From: Chlorokybus atmophyticus
Taxonomy: Eukaryota; Plantae; Mesostigma and Chlorokybus algae
Direction of reading: 5' to 3'
Assembly: GCA_009103225.1 (NCBI GenBank)
Contig: RHPI01002069.1
Location: 583,378 to 647,377, forward strand
Length of the DNA: 64,000 bases
Both the position numbers and the translations under genes were made by a program. Positions 41,687 to 53,320 of this stretch are shown in pieces. The notes below the pieces were generated by a model. The model made no database searches and was not told the origin of the DNA. It saw nothing but the letters and a program-made list of their open reading frames with translations. Position 1 is the stretch's first letter. Each line of letters starts with the position of its first letter.

Positions 41687-43587
41687 TCATCTCGACAGCG
41701 GCTGCAGCTTTCTCCTCTTGTATCTGATGACACAGGGTGGTTTTGGGCCAACCACCATAGACTCATAGTCTGGCTCGGGTAGGGGTGAGACGAGCTCGAG
41801 CTCAAAGTTCCTCAGTATAACGCTCCAGATGGTCTTAATCTGCATGTAGGCGAAGTTTTCTCCCATGCATCCGTGTCGGCCACCTCCGAATCCGATATAG
41901 GCGAAGGCTCCAGCCTTCTTGTCCTCCTCGCGGCCTTCCGTGAAGCGGTCAGGGTCGTAGGCGTCGGGGTTGGTGTAGACGTGCGGGAGGCGGTGTGCGA
42001 AGGCGGGGGACGTTGCCACAATCGTGCCGGCGGGGATGGAGTAGCTCCTGCCCTCCGCGGTGGTGACATTGAAGGGATTGTGCGTGTACCTCAGCAGCAT
42101 GATGAGAGGGGGGTAGAGCCTGACCACCTCTTTCACGGCGCGGTGGAGGCAGTCCATCTTGCTGAGCACGTCGTAGTCCAACACATCCCCGTGGTCTCGC
42201 ATGACGCGGCGCTGCTCCTCCACAATAGCGGGGAGGTACTTGTCCCCGGCGGCGAGGAGTAAGAGTCCCGTCCACGTGGACGTGATGGCGCTGGTGTGCT
42301 GGCCGGCAAACAGCGTGGCAATAAGGAGACCCGTAATCTCTTCTTCATTAGTGGCGCGTCCGTCCTTGTAGCGGGCGTCGATGTAAGCTTGTAGGATATC
42401 AGGTTCAGATACTCCCGAGGCTCGCCTGGCTTGTATGACCTTCTTGAAGAGTCTGCCAAGCTCAGCACGCGCGCGGTCACGACGCCGATGCGCGGGGATG
42501 GGCAGATAGGGAGCGAGCACGCTGATGGGGAGCATGCCGAGGTCGAGGTCGTGGAACAGAGCAGACACCTGCTCAAACATGTTCTCGCGCACCTCACGAC
42601 CAAGAAGACAACGGCTCGCCGTCAAGATGATCAGGTGGCTCAGCTCGTCCTTCAGGTCCACCTCGCCCTCGTCCGCCCACTTGCTGAAAAAGGCCTGTTT
42701 CAAGCAGCAGTTGGTTGCTATAGAGTAACACACATGCGCACGTGTTACAAGTGCGGCACAAGAATACGAAGTCACCTGAACACACAAGCACGCCCCCAGC
42801 GCACACGCGTGCGCGCGCACACGCATATGCGCACAAAAGCAGCAAATCAAAGAGTGCCATGCTTAAAGAACACTGGTCTTCGACAATGCAATATACCTGA
42901 GCTTCTGTGACCATCATGCCAACATAGCTGTACAGCCTGCCCGTGCGCAGCGCGTCCGAGAAGAAACGTATCTGCTCCCCGCGCACCACGTGATCCACGT
43001 CAAACACAACCCCTGGTCCAAAAGTGGGCACACTGTAGCCGTACACCTCCTTCTGGCTGAGCTCCATGTCAGGCGCCTGTGCAAGTGCAAACACAAAGTG
43101 CTCAAGTAAGCTCTGTCTGTCTCTTTTTGTTTTGTTACAGGTTTCGTTCTGTTCTACAGTTTTCTCTTTATCCTGCTGTTCTGTCCGCATGAGTCGTGCA
43201 AATCTGCATGCTCCTGGCTGCCTTGATTGCAACGAACCGTGATCAACAAATATGAGCACCATGCAAGGATAATGGTGCTTGTACCTTGAAGAAATGGGGG
43301 CTGACGGAGGGGCCGATAAGGAAGGTGATGCGCTTGTGCAAGACAAAGACAGAGAACACCTCGCCGTAGCGGTCGTAGCCCTCGCGCATGAGCTTCATAG
43401 GGCCAGCGATGAACTTCAGCACGCCGCCGACGACAGGCACGCCATGCAGCACAGGCGGCGTAGGCAGGGCGCCCTTGCCGCCTGACCTACGGAGCAGCAA
43501 GCCCACCGCTGCCAGTGCCAGCGCACCCGCAACCAACACGTACGCCAAGTTCCCTGCTAGCAGACCCTCTCCCGCAGCGCCCGCCAT
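41687..43587 (-). CDS. CYP51: Sterol (obtusifoliol) 14-alpha-demethylase, 3 coding exons
   Basis: N-terminal TM; SQKEVYGYSVPTFGPGVVFDVD; LFAGQHTSAIT; EVVRLYPP; heme motif FGGGRHGCMGE. Confidence 0.97.
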
Positions 43588-45829
43588 TGTGGCCGCCGAC
43601 GACCACGCCCACCTCCACCACCTCACCGCCGCCAGCACCACCTCACCGCCGCGACGATGCCAGCTGGCAATTGCCGCTAGCACTATAGCTGAACGAGCGG
43701 GAAATCTGTTGGCGTGCGCACTGCGGCGCAGCGGGTAAAGACCACAGCCGGGCGTCGCGCCGGAAAAGCGCGGGAAACCAGCCAACGTGGAAGTTTTCTA
43801 CAGCAAGTCATCAGTGGTGTAATTACACTTGCATGAATGTCATGGCCCAAAGTCCCATGGGCCATGTCTGCTTGCAAATGCGGTAGTTGCATCGCCAAAG
43901 CTGGTATTCTACGTATTGAACAACAAAACTGACAACTACATAAGTTACAAGCAGTATTTCAGCTGTTGACCATGTGTGATGACGCACTAACTACAGCGTG
44001 TAATCAATTAGCGTTAAATGGTAGAGTCGATTAGTTCAAACGAGGGTGAGTAGTGGCGGCATGTTTTTGGGATATGAGGCCTAGCCCGACCTCGTACCGC
44101 CAAAAACGCGCCCGTTTTAACCACTAACAGTACTGCAATTGCACCGAATCGCTCGCGATTTTTGAAAGCCGTCGACAAGCAATTGTCGCCGGGATAGTTT
44201 TCAGCATCTTTTATGCATCTCTGCAATGCTTGGCCAATCCGCTGCCTTTTTCAGCAACGGCTGTTGTCACCGTTGTGATCCCATTTGATCAAATTCATGC
44301 GTGACCAAATGGTGGCATAACGGTGCGATTTCTTGTTTAATTCAATCTTAACGTTAAGGCAATTCAGGTTAGCATTATTTTTATGGTTGTAACCTTGGCA
44401 TACTTAATGAATATCTTATTTAGATTATTTTCAGAGTGGCATCTAATACAGGCAACAATCGGAATGCTTTATAAGCTACAATCTACAAGCTACAATGACA
44501 TGGCTTGCGCGACGGCACGTGAGGCATTGATGTGGTTTATTGGGAGCAATATATGGATGCTCCTACTTCCGCCTCAATCTTATATGAAAGGCAGAATCCT
44601 TACCTCTGAAAAACGCTCGCTAAATTTGCATTGAAATAGTTTGTCATGAAGTTGCAAGCATATGCGCAAACATGCGTTAACGCACTCGCTTTTTGATGAA
44701 ATACTGTTTGTCACTAATTGAGCACGTTAACATACAGTTCTATTTTTACACAAACTGATGTGATCATAGCATTTTGATATGGCAACGTCACAACTTGTGC
44801 TGGGGCTTGAGCGTCTAGGTTATGAAAAGACAAAAGCGTCAATATTCATGCGTGCAAGTTATTAGTCCTCCAAATGATGTTGGCCATTTTGAGGTGCCAT
44901 GGACATGAAAACAAAGTACTTTAGCCTATTTCATATCTTCGGTGGGTAAGTGTTCTGACGTGTATGACGTGACACTGACAGGTGCACGATTAATTATCAG
45001 GCCACCGAAAATATTAAAAAGACAACAGTAATTGATAAATGCACCTACCGATTACGCGTCATTAGGGAATCAATGTATGAACAATAGAAGGATTGAAAAC
45101 CGCTTAGCTAACCGTTTATTAGCCTTTTGTATATGAATATGATTTCGTTTTTTAAAACCAACATTTTCAAGCAAGCAGAGCATAAATTATTGCTGAATAC
45201 AAGAAACTGCACCTTACCTGAATTTATTTATTCTTATTATTCTCAAGTTTACTATTAGCAGTTACAAGTGGCAATGAGCAGTGGATCACAAATGAGGATG
45301 TCAATCAACAGGGTAAACCGCAATAACATTAAGTAGAAGATGTCCATATTGTTGTAAAGTCAAACCAACCTCAGCTTAGCAAAATCTCAACAACATTGAC
45401 AATAGTCTCTCATGCATAATGATTGTTGATTGGTTAAACATATAAGGCTATTGTTGAAGTTGGTTGCTACCGCAGTGTGTGCAATCAGTATGATATCATA
45501 TTTCACTGCTCATGATATTTATTATTATGCGTAGTGATCAAACAGGTTTAGTAAAATTCGTCCTCATTGCCATCGCCAACTTTGTCAGTTTTGCAATTGA
45601 GCTTTTCTTTATGGCCCTCCTCATGTCTAATACAGCCTTGCAATGCAATATATACACTTTGTATAGTGTATTCCGTCGTAGACAATGAGGGCATACACTT
45701 GGAGTCATAGTCGAATGTTAAGACAATTATCCACCAATGATAATGCGCTTCTCCTTGCGCCTTTTTTCGGCAAGATATCATTAAAATATGCGCAGGGTGC
45801 ATTGGGTGTGGGAGGTTTGCGAATACCCA

Positions 45830-46341
45830 TGTAACGGGAGCAATAATAATAGGGGTATTATTGCTACCTGAATAACACATTTTGTATGAATAAGTATTTA
45901 AATATGCTTATTTATACCTCTTTTCTACGGTTCCTCGCTTATTAAAGGCTATGATGCTTTATCATAGCTTAAATAAGTCCCAATGGGTGTAGAACCGCTT
46001 ATTCAAGCCTATTTAGTGTCACATTTGATATAATGTGATCACTATCTCGTTAGGTACCTTACGATAGGTATCTTTGGATAGGTACCTTATCTGAGCTGTG
46101 ATTGGCTCACGCTAGATTTCCTAACCTACCCTATCTGTAGGGTCGATGTCTAGTTGTGAGTTAATTATCGAGAGTTATATAGTTGATATACTCTTGATAT
46201 AAAAGGTCACATCAATCTGATGTGGGGACTTTCAGTTCTCTGCTCAGTGGCGGCCACGCCGTCGAAAGGCTTGTCATAGGCGGTGTGGGTGTTGGGGTAG
46301 AGGATTGAAGGGGCATCACCGGCGACGGTGGTGCTGTTACA
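45830..46341 (+). repeat. 5' LTR (512 bp)
   Basis: tgtaacggg...tgttaca; differs from the 3' LTR by one substitution that I could see plus a 15-bp indel. Confidence 0.97.
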
Positions 46342-46342
46342 T

Positions 46343-46356
46343 TGGTATCCAGGAGC
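46343..46356 (+). promoter_or_regulatory. Primer-binding site, tRNA-iMet-like
   Basis: tggtatccaggagc, 1 nt after the LTR; variant of canonical TGGTATCAGAGC. Confidence 0.75.
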
Positions 46357-47215
46357 TGGTGGGTGACGTGGGTACTTATAGGGGGCGGCGACCTGCTTTC
46401 GGCCAATCAGAAGGCGTCGGCGGCGGCCTCCCATTCGTCCACGCAGCCCAAGCTTCAAGTTTGCTTCCCTGCGCTACCTCCACGTTGAAGCCACCTATCA
46501 AAGAGGCGGCCTCTCCACGTGTGAGGTACCATCACACGTCGGTGACTTGCCTGCTTGCCTGCTTGTCAGCTGCTTGCCAGGTGCTTGCCAAGTGCACGTG
46601 TGTACTTTCATGCACATCACACAGTGGCTTGCCAGTGCACTATCATTGCTTGCAGTGATTGCCTGTCATTGCTTGTAGTGATTGCCTGTCATTGCATGCG
46701 GTGATTGCTTGTCATTGTGCTTGCCAGTGCATGTCACAGTTAGTCACCGTGCGGCTTGCCTGTTGCATGCCTGTGGCTTGCCTGTTGCATGCCTGTGACG
46801 TACCTGTGACCTGCCAGTGGCTTTGCCGGGTCGTTTGACCCGGGTCCGTAAGTTCCAAACCAAACTGTTCCCAAACCCTCCCCCTCTGGCTTCGGCCTGG
46901 AGATCGGGACTTGGTTAGGACAGTTGTGGGGAGGTTCCAGGACAATCTGTTCCCAAACCCTGTTAGTCTGAAACCCTCCCCCTCTGGCTTCGGCCTGGAG
47001 ATCGGGACTTGGTTGAGGACAACACAGGGTTAGGACATTCTGGTCCCACTCAGACTTGTTCTGTTTGGTGACACTCCAGATCCAACCTTTCCTATTTTGG
47101 GACTGATTTGGACTCTGTTTGGGACTTTTACAACTTGGGGTCATTTTGATCCTCTCGTTAAACCTGGTCCATTGGTGAGGTTCTCACCATCCCATTCTGC
47201 CTGTTTTGCAGGCAA

Positions 47216-48391
47216 ATGGAAGAAAACTCGGTGCCCACCTCAAAAGGGGAGAGCTCAGAAAAAGAGCAACTTTCCCGTGAGGAGGAATTTCCATCCATGG
47301 AAGATATTCCGAATCCGGATGATGCACCTGATGAGTCTCAAGCTGCTAAAGCTGCGGAAGCTTCAGTGGATGATAGATCCCCTCGAATATTCCCTGAGTT
47401 TTCTATTCGCATGACACAGCAGAACTTGATGGAGCATTTCCTTAGCACCTATGATCAGGACCCTCGTGAGGCAATTGTCTCATTCGTGAACTTTCTCTTC
47501 CTATTGGCAGAAAAAGTTTCAAAGCTCACCACCTTTATGGGGCGAGATTGGGAGGGGCAGATGGGTGAAGGCAAACGTGTTCTGAATATGATCGAGCGTC
47601 TGCAGCGTGCTGACGGTGGTCCACCTGTTCAAGCACTTGCTCGTCCTGCCGAGTTTGTTCCCAACAAGCAAGCGGCCATCTTCGACTGGCTTGTGAAGTT
47701 GCGACACTATGTCAACTCCCTTCACATTTCTGAGGAGGGGAAATTGCGTGTAGCTGAGTTGCTGATCCCAAACGATGCTTTGGCAGAGTGGTACCGCCGT
47801 AAGCAACGGGATACCAACCTCGGGCGGGAAGTAAATCAGTTGTGCTTTTTCATGGAGCAGCGCTATGGTGGCGCAGATCCTGCCCAGGTTGCTCGCAACC
47901 AGCTGCACAACCTGCGTCAGAACGGGCGTCCGGTTCAGCAGTATATCCAGGATTTTCAGTCGTTTGTCAGCAAGATCAATGCTGGCAAACTACCTATCAG
48001 TGATGCTGATCAGCTGGATATGTTCAGGCGTGGCTTGGACACAGATCTCGTGCAGCATGTGGCCGTCAACCCCGCGAGTTTGCAAGAGTGGGCCTCGACG
48101 GATTTACCAATGCTGATGCAGATGGTTGCTGCTGTGGACAGTGTAAAACGCTCTCACGCCAACATGCAAACCACGGCAAAAGAGGCAGCCCCGGTTTCAG
48201 CTGCAAAGCGCCCGGCCACTGGCAACAAACCTTTTGTGAAAAAGGCGAAACCATCTCATCCTGCTGGCCCCTACAATGCGGCCAAATCCATCATCACTTG
48301 CAGTTTCTGCAAGAAGACAGGTCATGGGGAGGCTAAGTGCTATGCAAAACAGAATGCACAGAAGGCCAAGCAGCAGAGAGACAAGAAATAG
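47216..48391 (+). CDS. gag: Gag with CCHC zinc knuckle
   Basis: 391-aa ORF; LHNLRQNGRPVQQYIQDF; CSFCKKTGHGEAKC; ends TAG. Confidence 0.92.
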   Translation: MEENSVPTSKGESSEKEQLSREEEFPSMEDIPNPDDAPDESQAAKAAEASVDDRSPRIFPEFSIRMTQQNLMEHFLSTYDQDPREAIVSFVNFLFLLAEKVSKLTTFMGRDWEGQMGEGKRVLNMIERLQRADGGPPVQALARPAEFVPNKQAAIFDWLVKLRHYVNSLHISEEGKLRVAELLIPNDALAEWYRRKQRDTNLGREVNQLCFFMEQRYGGADPAQVARNQLHNLRQNGRPVQQYIQDFQSFVSKINAGKLPISDADQLDMFRRGLDTDLVQHVAVNPASLQEWASTDLPMLMQMVAAVDSVKRSHANMQTTAKEAAPVSAAKRPATGNKPFVKKAKPSHPAGPYNAAKSIITCSFCKKTGHGEAKCYAKQNAQKAKQQRDKK

Positions 48392-51300
48392 GAATTGTCC
48401 GTGGTTGGTAGCTTAGTCGAGCAGAACGACTTTAAAAACTCTGTACTTCTTGATAAAGTTTCCTCTCTTTGCGATGTATCAGATGTATGGACTGATATGA
48501 GCACACCACCTGTGTTGAGAAATGCAAACGGTTGTGTTTTAATCAATGTTCCATTCTCTGAATTAGTAACTGCTGTTAAGCACTTACACGAGTTGCAATT
48601 ACAACATGCTGTCACTGCATGTGTAGTTATCCCTCGATATCATGGCCCGTGGTCGCGATTGTTGAAAGGGGGAGAAGTAATCATGCAACTCTCACGCAAA
48701 GATACAGGAGCTTCACCGTTGCAAGTGATCTTTATCAAGTCTGCTACCAATCACGGCACTCCGACATTAGCTACATTTGATGGTCACTCAGTGCCACTCA
48801 AATGGAGATTTGAGAGTCAACTTATGGGTACACCATGTACAGCATTGATTGATACTGGTGCAAACCATAACTTTGTTGAACATGCTTGGGTGAAACGTAA
48901 TAACATTCCTTTCACACCAGTCACGTCATATGTACGTGCTGCTGGTTCCACTCTCAATGCAATGGGAGAGGTAAAAGGGCGTTTTGTTATTAATGGCCAT
49001 ATAACCCGACCAGCCTTCATCGTGGTGGATATTGGTATCCCCGGGGTGGATGTTGTTTTAGGGGAACAATGGCACACTGAAGCAGGTTTACAATTAGACT
49101 CTCGAGCCAATACGTGCACCCTTCGTAAAGGGAAACGTAGGATGACTTTAACAGCATCTGTACTCGCACGTATACCACGCGATAATGTTCCGCTCCTCTC
49201 TGCTATGCAATTGAAACGTTGCATGCGTAAACGTGAGGAAGTATACTTACTGCACTTACGACAGGTGGAAACACCTGCTGAACAGGCTATCAGTGACCCT
49301 GTGGTGCAGTCACTTACGGAACAATACGCAGATGTATTTCAGGATGAACTCCCAGAGTTGCCTCCCGATCGAAACATACATCATACCATTCCGTTAGAGG
49401 AGGGGGCAAAGCCACCTTGGCGGCCTATATACAGGCTAAGTCCCTTAGAACACGCGGAGATGGAAAAACAGCTCAAAGAGTTATTGGACAAAGGTTTAAT
49501 AACAAAGAGCATATCTCCTTTTGGTGCACCAATTTTGTTTGTGCCCAAAAAGAATGGCAAGCTACGCATGTGTATTGATTACCGTGCGTTGAACAAGGTC
49601 ACTGTGAAAAACAGATACCCTTTGCCTCGGATTGATGATTTGTTTGATAAGCTGTCAGGTGCAACAGTGTTCAGCACGCTGGATTTGACCAGTGGTTATC
49701 ATCAAATCAAAATCCACCCGTCGGATATACAAAAAACTGCATTTCGCACCCCACTAGGACACTTTGAGTATAAAGTGTTACCATTTGGGTTAACAAATGC
49801 ACCGGCTACATTTCAGACAGCAATGAACGCGGTATTTGCTGATGAATTGTACAAGTTTGTACTGGTATATCTAGACGACATTATTGTGTTCAGCAAAACC
49901 CGGGAGGACCACCACAGGCATGTGGAATTGGTTCTAGCTAAGTTACGCGAACACAAATTCTATGCCAACCTGTCCAAATGCAACTTTGCAAAGGATGAAC
50001 TACCCTTTTTAGGGCATGTGATTGGCAAAGAAGGATTGAAACCAGATCCTCAAAAGGTGTGTGCGGTAAAGGATTGGCCACCACCCAAGGATGTACATCA
50101 GTTACGTGCTTTCTTGGGGCTAGCCAATTATTTCCGCAAGTTCATGCGAGCATATTCTGGCATGGCAAACCCTTTAACATCTTTACTAAGAAAAGATGTT
50201 AAATTTGTGTGGACGGAGGCACACGAGGTTGCTTTTACACGCATTAAAGATGCATTAACACAAGCCCCTGTGTTAGCCTTCCCCGACCACACCAAGCCTT
50301 TTGTGGTGATCAGTGATGCTTCCACCATTGGGTGTGGGGCAGTCCTTCTACAAGATGACAGACCATGTGCATATGAAAGCAGAAAGTTCATTCCTGCTGA
50401 ACGTAATTACACAACCACTGAGCAGGAATTGCTCGGGGTGGTGCACGCGCTGCGCACATGGCGTTGCTACTTGGAAGGGGTGGAGTTTTCAGTGATTACT
50501 GATCACAACCCGCTCACATTCTTTCATACGCAACAAAATCTGTCGAGGCGGCAAGCTAGGTGGAATGAATTCATTTCTCGTTTCACTTTCACTTGGCAAT
50601 ACCGTCCGGGTCGCACCAATGTGGCGGATCCACTAAGTCGCAGCCCTGCTCTTTTGGCACTTACGCGCTCTCGAAGTACGCGTAATGTACAACAGCCTGA
50701 AGATCCTTTCTTAAAGGAAGTGTCCGCAGGTTATAACTCAGATGTTTGGTTTAGCAGTCAAACCAACTTGCAACAGCTTACTGCTGTTAGCAATCTGTGG
50801 TATAAAGGGGAGCAGTTGGCAATTCCCAACTCGGGCGACTTACGTAAGCAATGCTTACATTCAGTGCATGACCCGCCGTATGCTGGGCATTTGGGGAAAC
50901 ACAAAACACTCAAATCTGCGCAACAGTTATACTGGTGGCCGTCAATGTCAGCTGACGTGGATCAATATGTTCGCACATGTGACGTGTGTCAACGTAATAA
51001 GCCACTACGACAAAAACAAGCGGGATTGCTTAAACCATTGGCAATTCCAGAACAAAAGTGGGATAGTGTCAGTATGGATTTGATTACTGACCTACCTGAA
51101 ACAGCAGCTAAATACACTGCTATTGTGGTTTTTGTCGACCGTTTGACTAAAATGGTGCATTTTGCCCCGTGTTGCACAACTGTAAGTGCACGGGACTTGG
51201 CACACTTATTTGTGTCCACGGTCTTTCGCGTTCACGGTATACCGCGTGAACTTGTCACAGATCGTGATCCTCGTTTTGTCTCCAAGTTTTGGCGAGAAGT

Positions 51301-52123
51301 CTGTGAATTGTTGGGGGTAAAACAAAGCATGTCGACTGCTTTCCACCCGCAAACGGACGGTCAAACTGAGCGAGCAAATCAAATACTGGAAGAAATGCTT
51401 CGCCACTATGTGGCTCCTAATCATGCTGATTGGGACAGGTACTTGCCAATGGCAGAGTTCGCTGTGAACAACGCGTGGCAAGAAAGTGTAAAGGAAACCC
51501 CATTTTTCTTAAATTATGGGATTCGCCCAAACACACCAGCGTCATTGCGTGTACCTCGCAATGCCCTGACTGTGCCAGCGGCAAAGGAATTTGCCACTAA
51601 TATGCAAGAAAATTTGGCTCGAGCCAAGCTGTGTCTGTCAGAAGCACAGGACAGGCAAAAAGCTTATGCTGATACACATCGAAAAATGGCCACTTTCGAT
51701 GTCGGCGATAAAGTTTTGCTTAATGCAAAAAACATAACCATCAAAGGTACGGGTGCTCGCAAGTTGCTGCCCCGATGGTTAGGTCCTTTCTCTATCACTG
51801 ATAGAGTTGGTACGCACGCTTATCGACTGCAATTGCCCCCAAGTGTGCGTATACACAACGTGTTTCATGTAAACTTGTTGAAACCTTACCGCTCAGACGG
51901 TAGAACACAGCCTCCACCACCGCCAGTTGAGGTGGACAGCGAGCTCGAATACGAGGTGGAAGCTATATTGAACCATAAGCTAAATGGTCGAGGACGCGCA
52001 ACTCGCTATTTGGTGAAATGGAAAGGGTATGGCCCGGAACATAACAGTTGGGAGCCCGACAGGCATCTTACGCACTGCCGCGAGTTGCTTCGAGCTTATT
52101 GGGATTCATGTCCTGTCCCATAA
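48392..52123 (+). CDS. pol: Pol: methylase-like segment, protease, RT, RNase H, integrase, chromodomain; same frame as gag
   Basis: ALIDTGA; LRMCIDYRALN; VYLDDI; SDAS; HDPPYAGH...CDVC; SMDLI...TDRD...TDGQTE; YEVEAIL...YLVKWKGYGPEHNSWEP. Confidence 0.97.
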   Translation, partial: ELSVVGSLVEQNDFKNSVLLDKVSSLCDVSDVWTDMSTPPVLRNANGCVLINVPFSELVTAVKHLHELQLQHAVTACVVIPRYHGPWSRLLKGGEVIMQLSRKDTGASPLQVIFIKSATNHGTPTLATFDGHSVPLKWRFESQLMGTPCTALIDTGANHNFVEHAWVKRNNIPFTPVTSYVRAAGSTLNAMGEVKGRFVINGHITRPAFIVVDIGIPGVDVVLGEQWHTEAGLQLDSRANTCTLRKGKRRMTLTASVLARIPRDNVPLLSAMQLKRCMRKREEVYLLHLRQVETPAEQAISDPVVQSLTEQYADVFQDELPELPPDRNIHHTIPLEEGAKPPWRPIYRLSPLEHAEMEKQLKELLDKGLITKSISPFGAPILFVPKKNGKLRMCIDYRALNKVTVKNRYPLPRIDDLFDKLSGATVFSTLDLTSGYHQIKIHPSDIQKTAFRTPLGHFEYKVLPFGLTNAPATFQTAMNAVFADELYKFVLVYLDDIIVFSKTREDHHRHVELVLAKLREHKFYANLSKCNFAKDELPFLGHVIGKEGLKPDPQKVCAVKDWPPPKDVHQLRAFLGLANYFRKFMRAYSGMANPLTSLLRKDVKFVWTEAHEVAFTRIKDALTQAPVLAFPDHTKPFVVISDASTIGCGAVLLQDDRPCAYESRKFIPAERNYTTTEQELLGVVHALRTWRCYLEGVEFSVITDHNPLTFFHTQQNLSRRQARWNEFISRFTFTWQYRPGRTNVADPLSRSPALLALTRSRSTRNVQQPEDPFLKEVSAGYNSDVWFSSQTNLQQLTAVSNLWYKGEQLAIPNSGDLRKQCLHSVHDPPYAGHLGKHKTLKSAQQLYWWPSMSADVDQYVRTCDVCQRNKPLRQKQAGLLKPLAIPEQKWDSVSMDLITDLPETAAKYTAIVVFVDRLTKMVHFAPCCTTVSARDLAHLFVSTVFRVHGIPRELVTDRDPRFVSKFWREVCELLGVKQSMSTAFHPQTDGQTERANQILEEMLRHYVAPNHADWDRYLPMAEFAVNNAWQESVKETPFFLNYGIRPNTPASLRVPRNALTVPAAKEFATNMQENLARAKLCLSEAQDRQKAYADTHRKMATFDVGDKVLLNAKNITIKGTGARKLLPRWLGPFSITDRVGTHAYRLQLPPSVRIHNVFHVNLLKPYRSDGRTQPPPPPVEVDSELEYEVEAILNHKLNGRGRATRYLVKWKGYGPEHNSWEPDRHLTHCRELLRAYWDSCPVP

Positions 52124-52257
52124 ACTGTGGGCTTGGTTTTATGACAGACTGGCAGTGCAGTTTCATTACCACCCTGTCATTTCCTGCTATCTCACTGGTT
52201 ACAATTACTCGAAATCAAGCCTGATCAACTTGAGTTCAACGAGGACGTTGAAAACCT

Positions 52258-52270
52258 AAGTGGGGGGGAA
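52258..52270 (+). promoter_or_regulatory. Polypurine tract
   Basis: aagtgggggggaa directly before the 3' LTR. Confidence 0.9.
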
Positions 52271-52797
52271 TGTAACGGGAGCAATAATAATAGGGGTATT
52301 ATTGCTACCTGAATAACACATTTTGTATGAATAAGTATTTAAATATGCTTATTTATACCTCTTTTCTACGGTTCCTCGCTTATTAAAGGCTATGATGCTT
52401 TATCATAGCTTAAATAAGTCCCAATGGGTGTAGAACCGCTTATTCAAGCCTATTTAGTGTCACATTTGATATAATGTGATCACTATCTCGTTAGATACCT
52501 TACGATAGGTATCTTTGGATAGGTACCTTATCGATAGGTACCTTATCTGAGCTGTGATTGGCTCACGCTAGATTTCCTAACCTACCCTATCTGTAGGGTC
52601 GATGTCTAGTTGTGAGTTAATTATCGAGAGTTATATAGTTGATATACTCTTGATATAAAAGGTCACATCAATCTGATGTGGGGACTTTCAGTTCTCTGCT
52701 CAGTGGCGGCCACGCCGTCGAAAGGCTTGTCATAGGCGGTGTGGGTGTTGGGGTAGAGGATTGAAGGGGCATCACCGGCGACGGTGGTGCTGTTACA
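52271..52797 (+). repeat. 3' LTR (527 bp)
   Basis: Carries an extra gataggtaccttatc unit relative to the 5' LTR. Confidence 0.97.
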
Positions 52798-53320
52798 ACC
52801 CATCTCCGTTCATCCAAGTAGGCATTGGCTGCAAGTTAGTATAGCGGAAGCTTCGTTCCACAATGCTATCGCTGAAGTTCGTCATTAGCGGTTGATTCAA
52901 TGGTACGACAATGCAGAATGATGTGCAATCGTGTGATAAGATAAGTACAAGCTCAAGTGGGCCTTAAAAAGTTGTGAATTTGCATATCTCCATCGTCACG
53001 TCATCGGCCCATTTTTATGATTTGGCTATTCTTCATGGTACTCTTACACCCAATACAGCCTTGCGCCTTTCTCTTTGGAATCTTGTAGGCGCATTGCGAT
53101 ACCCTCGTAACTAATTGAACGCCACGCCGACAACGGGGTTCTCCTTGCGCCTTTTCTTTTCGAATAGGCGTAGGTTGCATTGGATGTGGAAGATTTATGA
53201 AGAGCCAACACCGTGCATCCAAGTAGGCATTCGCTGCAAGTCAATGTAGTATGAGCTTTCTTTCCATTGTCAGGGATCACTCACGTAAGAGTTTCCACAA
53301 GTCTTCTTGTGTTAAACCTG
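52798..53320 (-). pseudogene. Two tandem fossil HNH-endonuclease motifs, one interrupted by the LTR element
   Basis: QV*HKKTCGNSYVSDP*QWKESSYYIDLQRMPTWMH (53213-53320) and PLMTNFSDSIVERSFRYTNLQPMPTWMNGD (52798-52891). The DNA continues homologously left of the 5' LTR. Confidence 0.5.

Larger units (their letters stand above)
45830..52797 (+). mobile_element. Full-length Ty3/gypsy chromovirus LTR retrotransposon, recent insertion
   Basis: TG...CA LTRs; 5-bp TSD ACCCA (45825-45829 and 52798-52802); PBS, PPT, gag, and pol with chromodomain. Confidence 0.98.
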
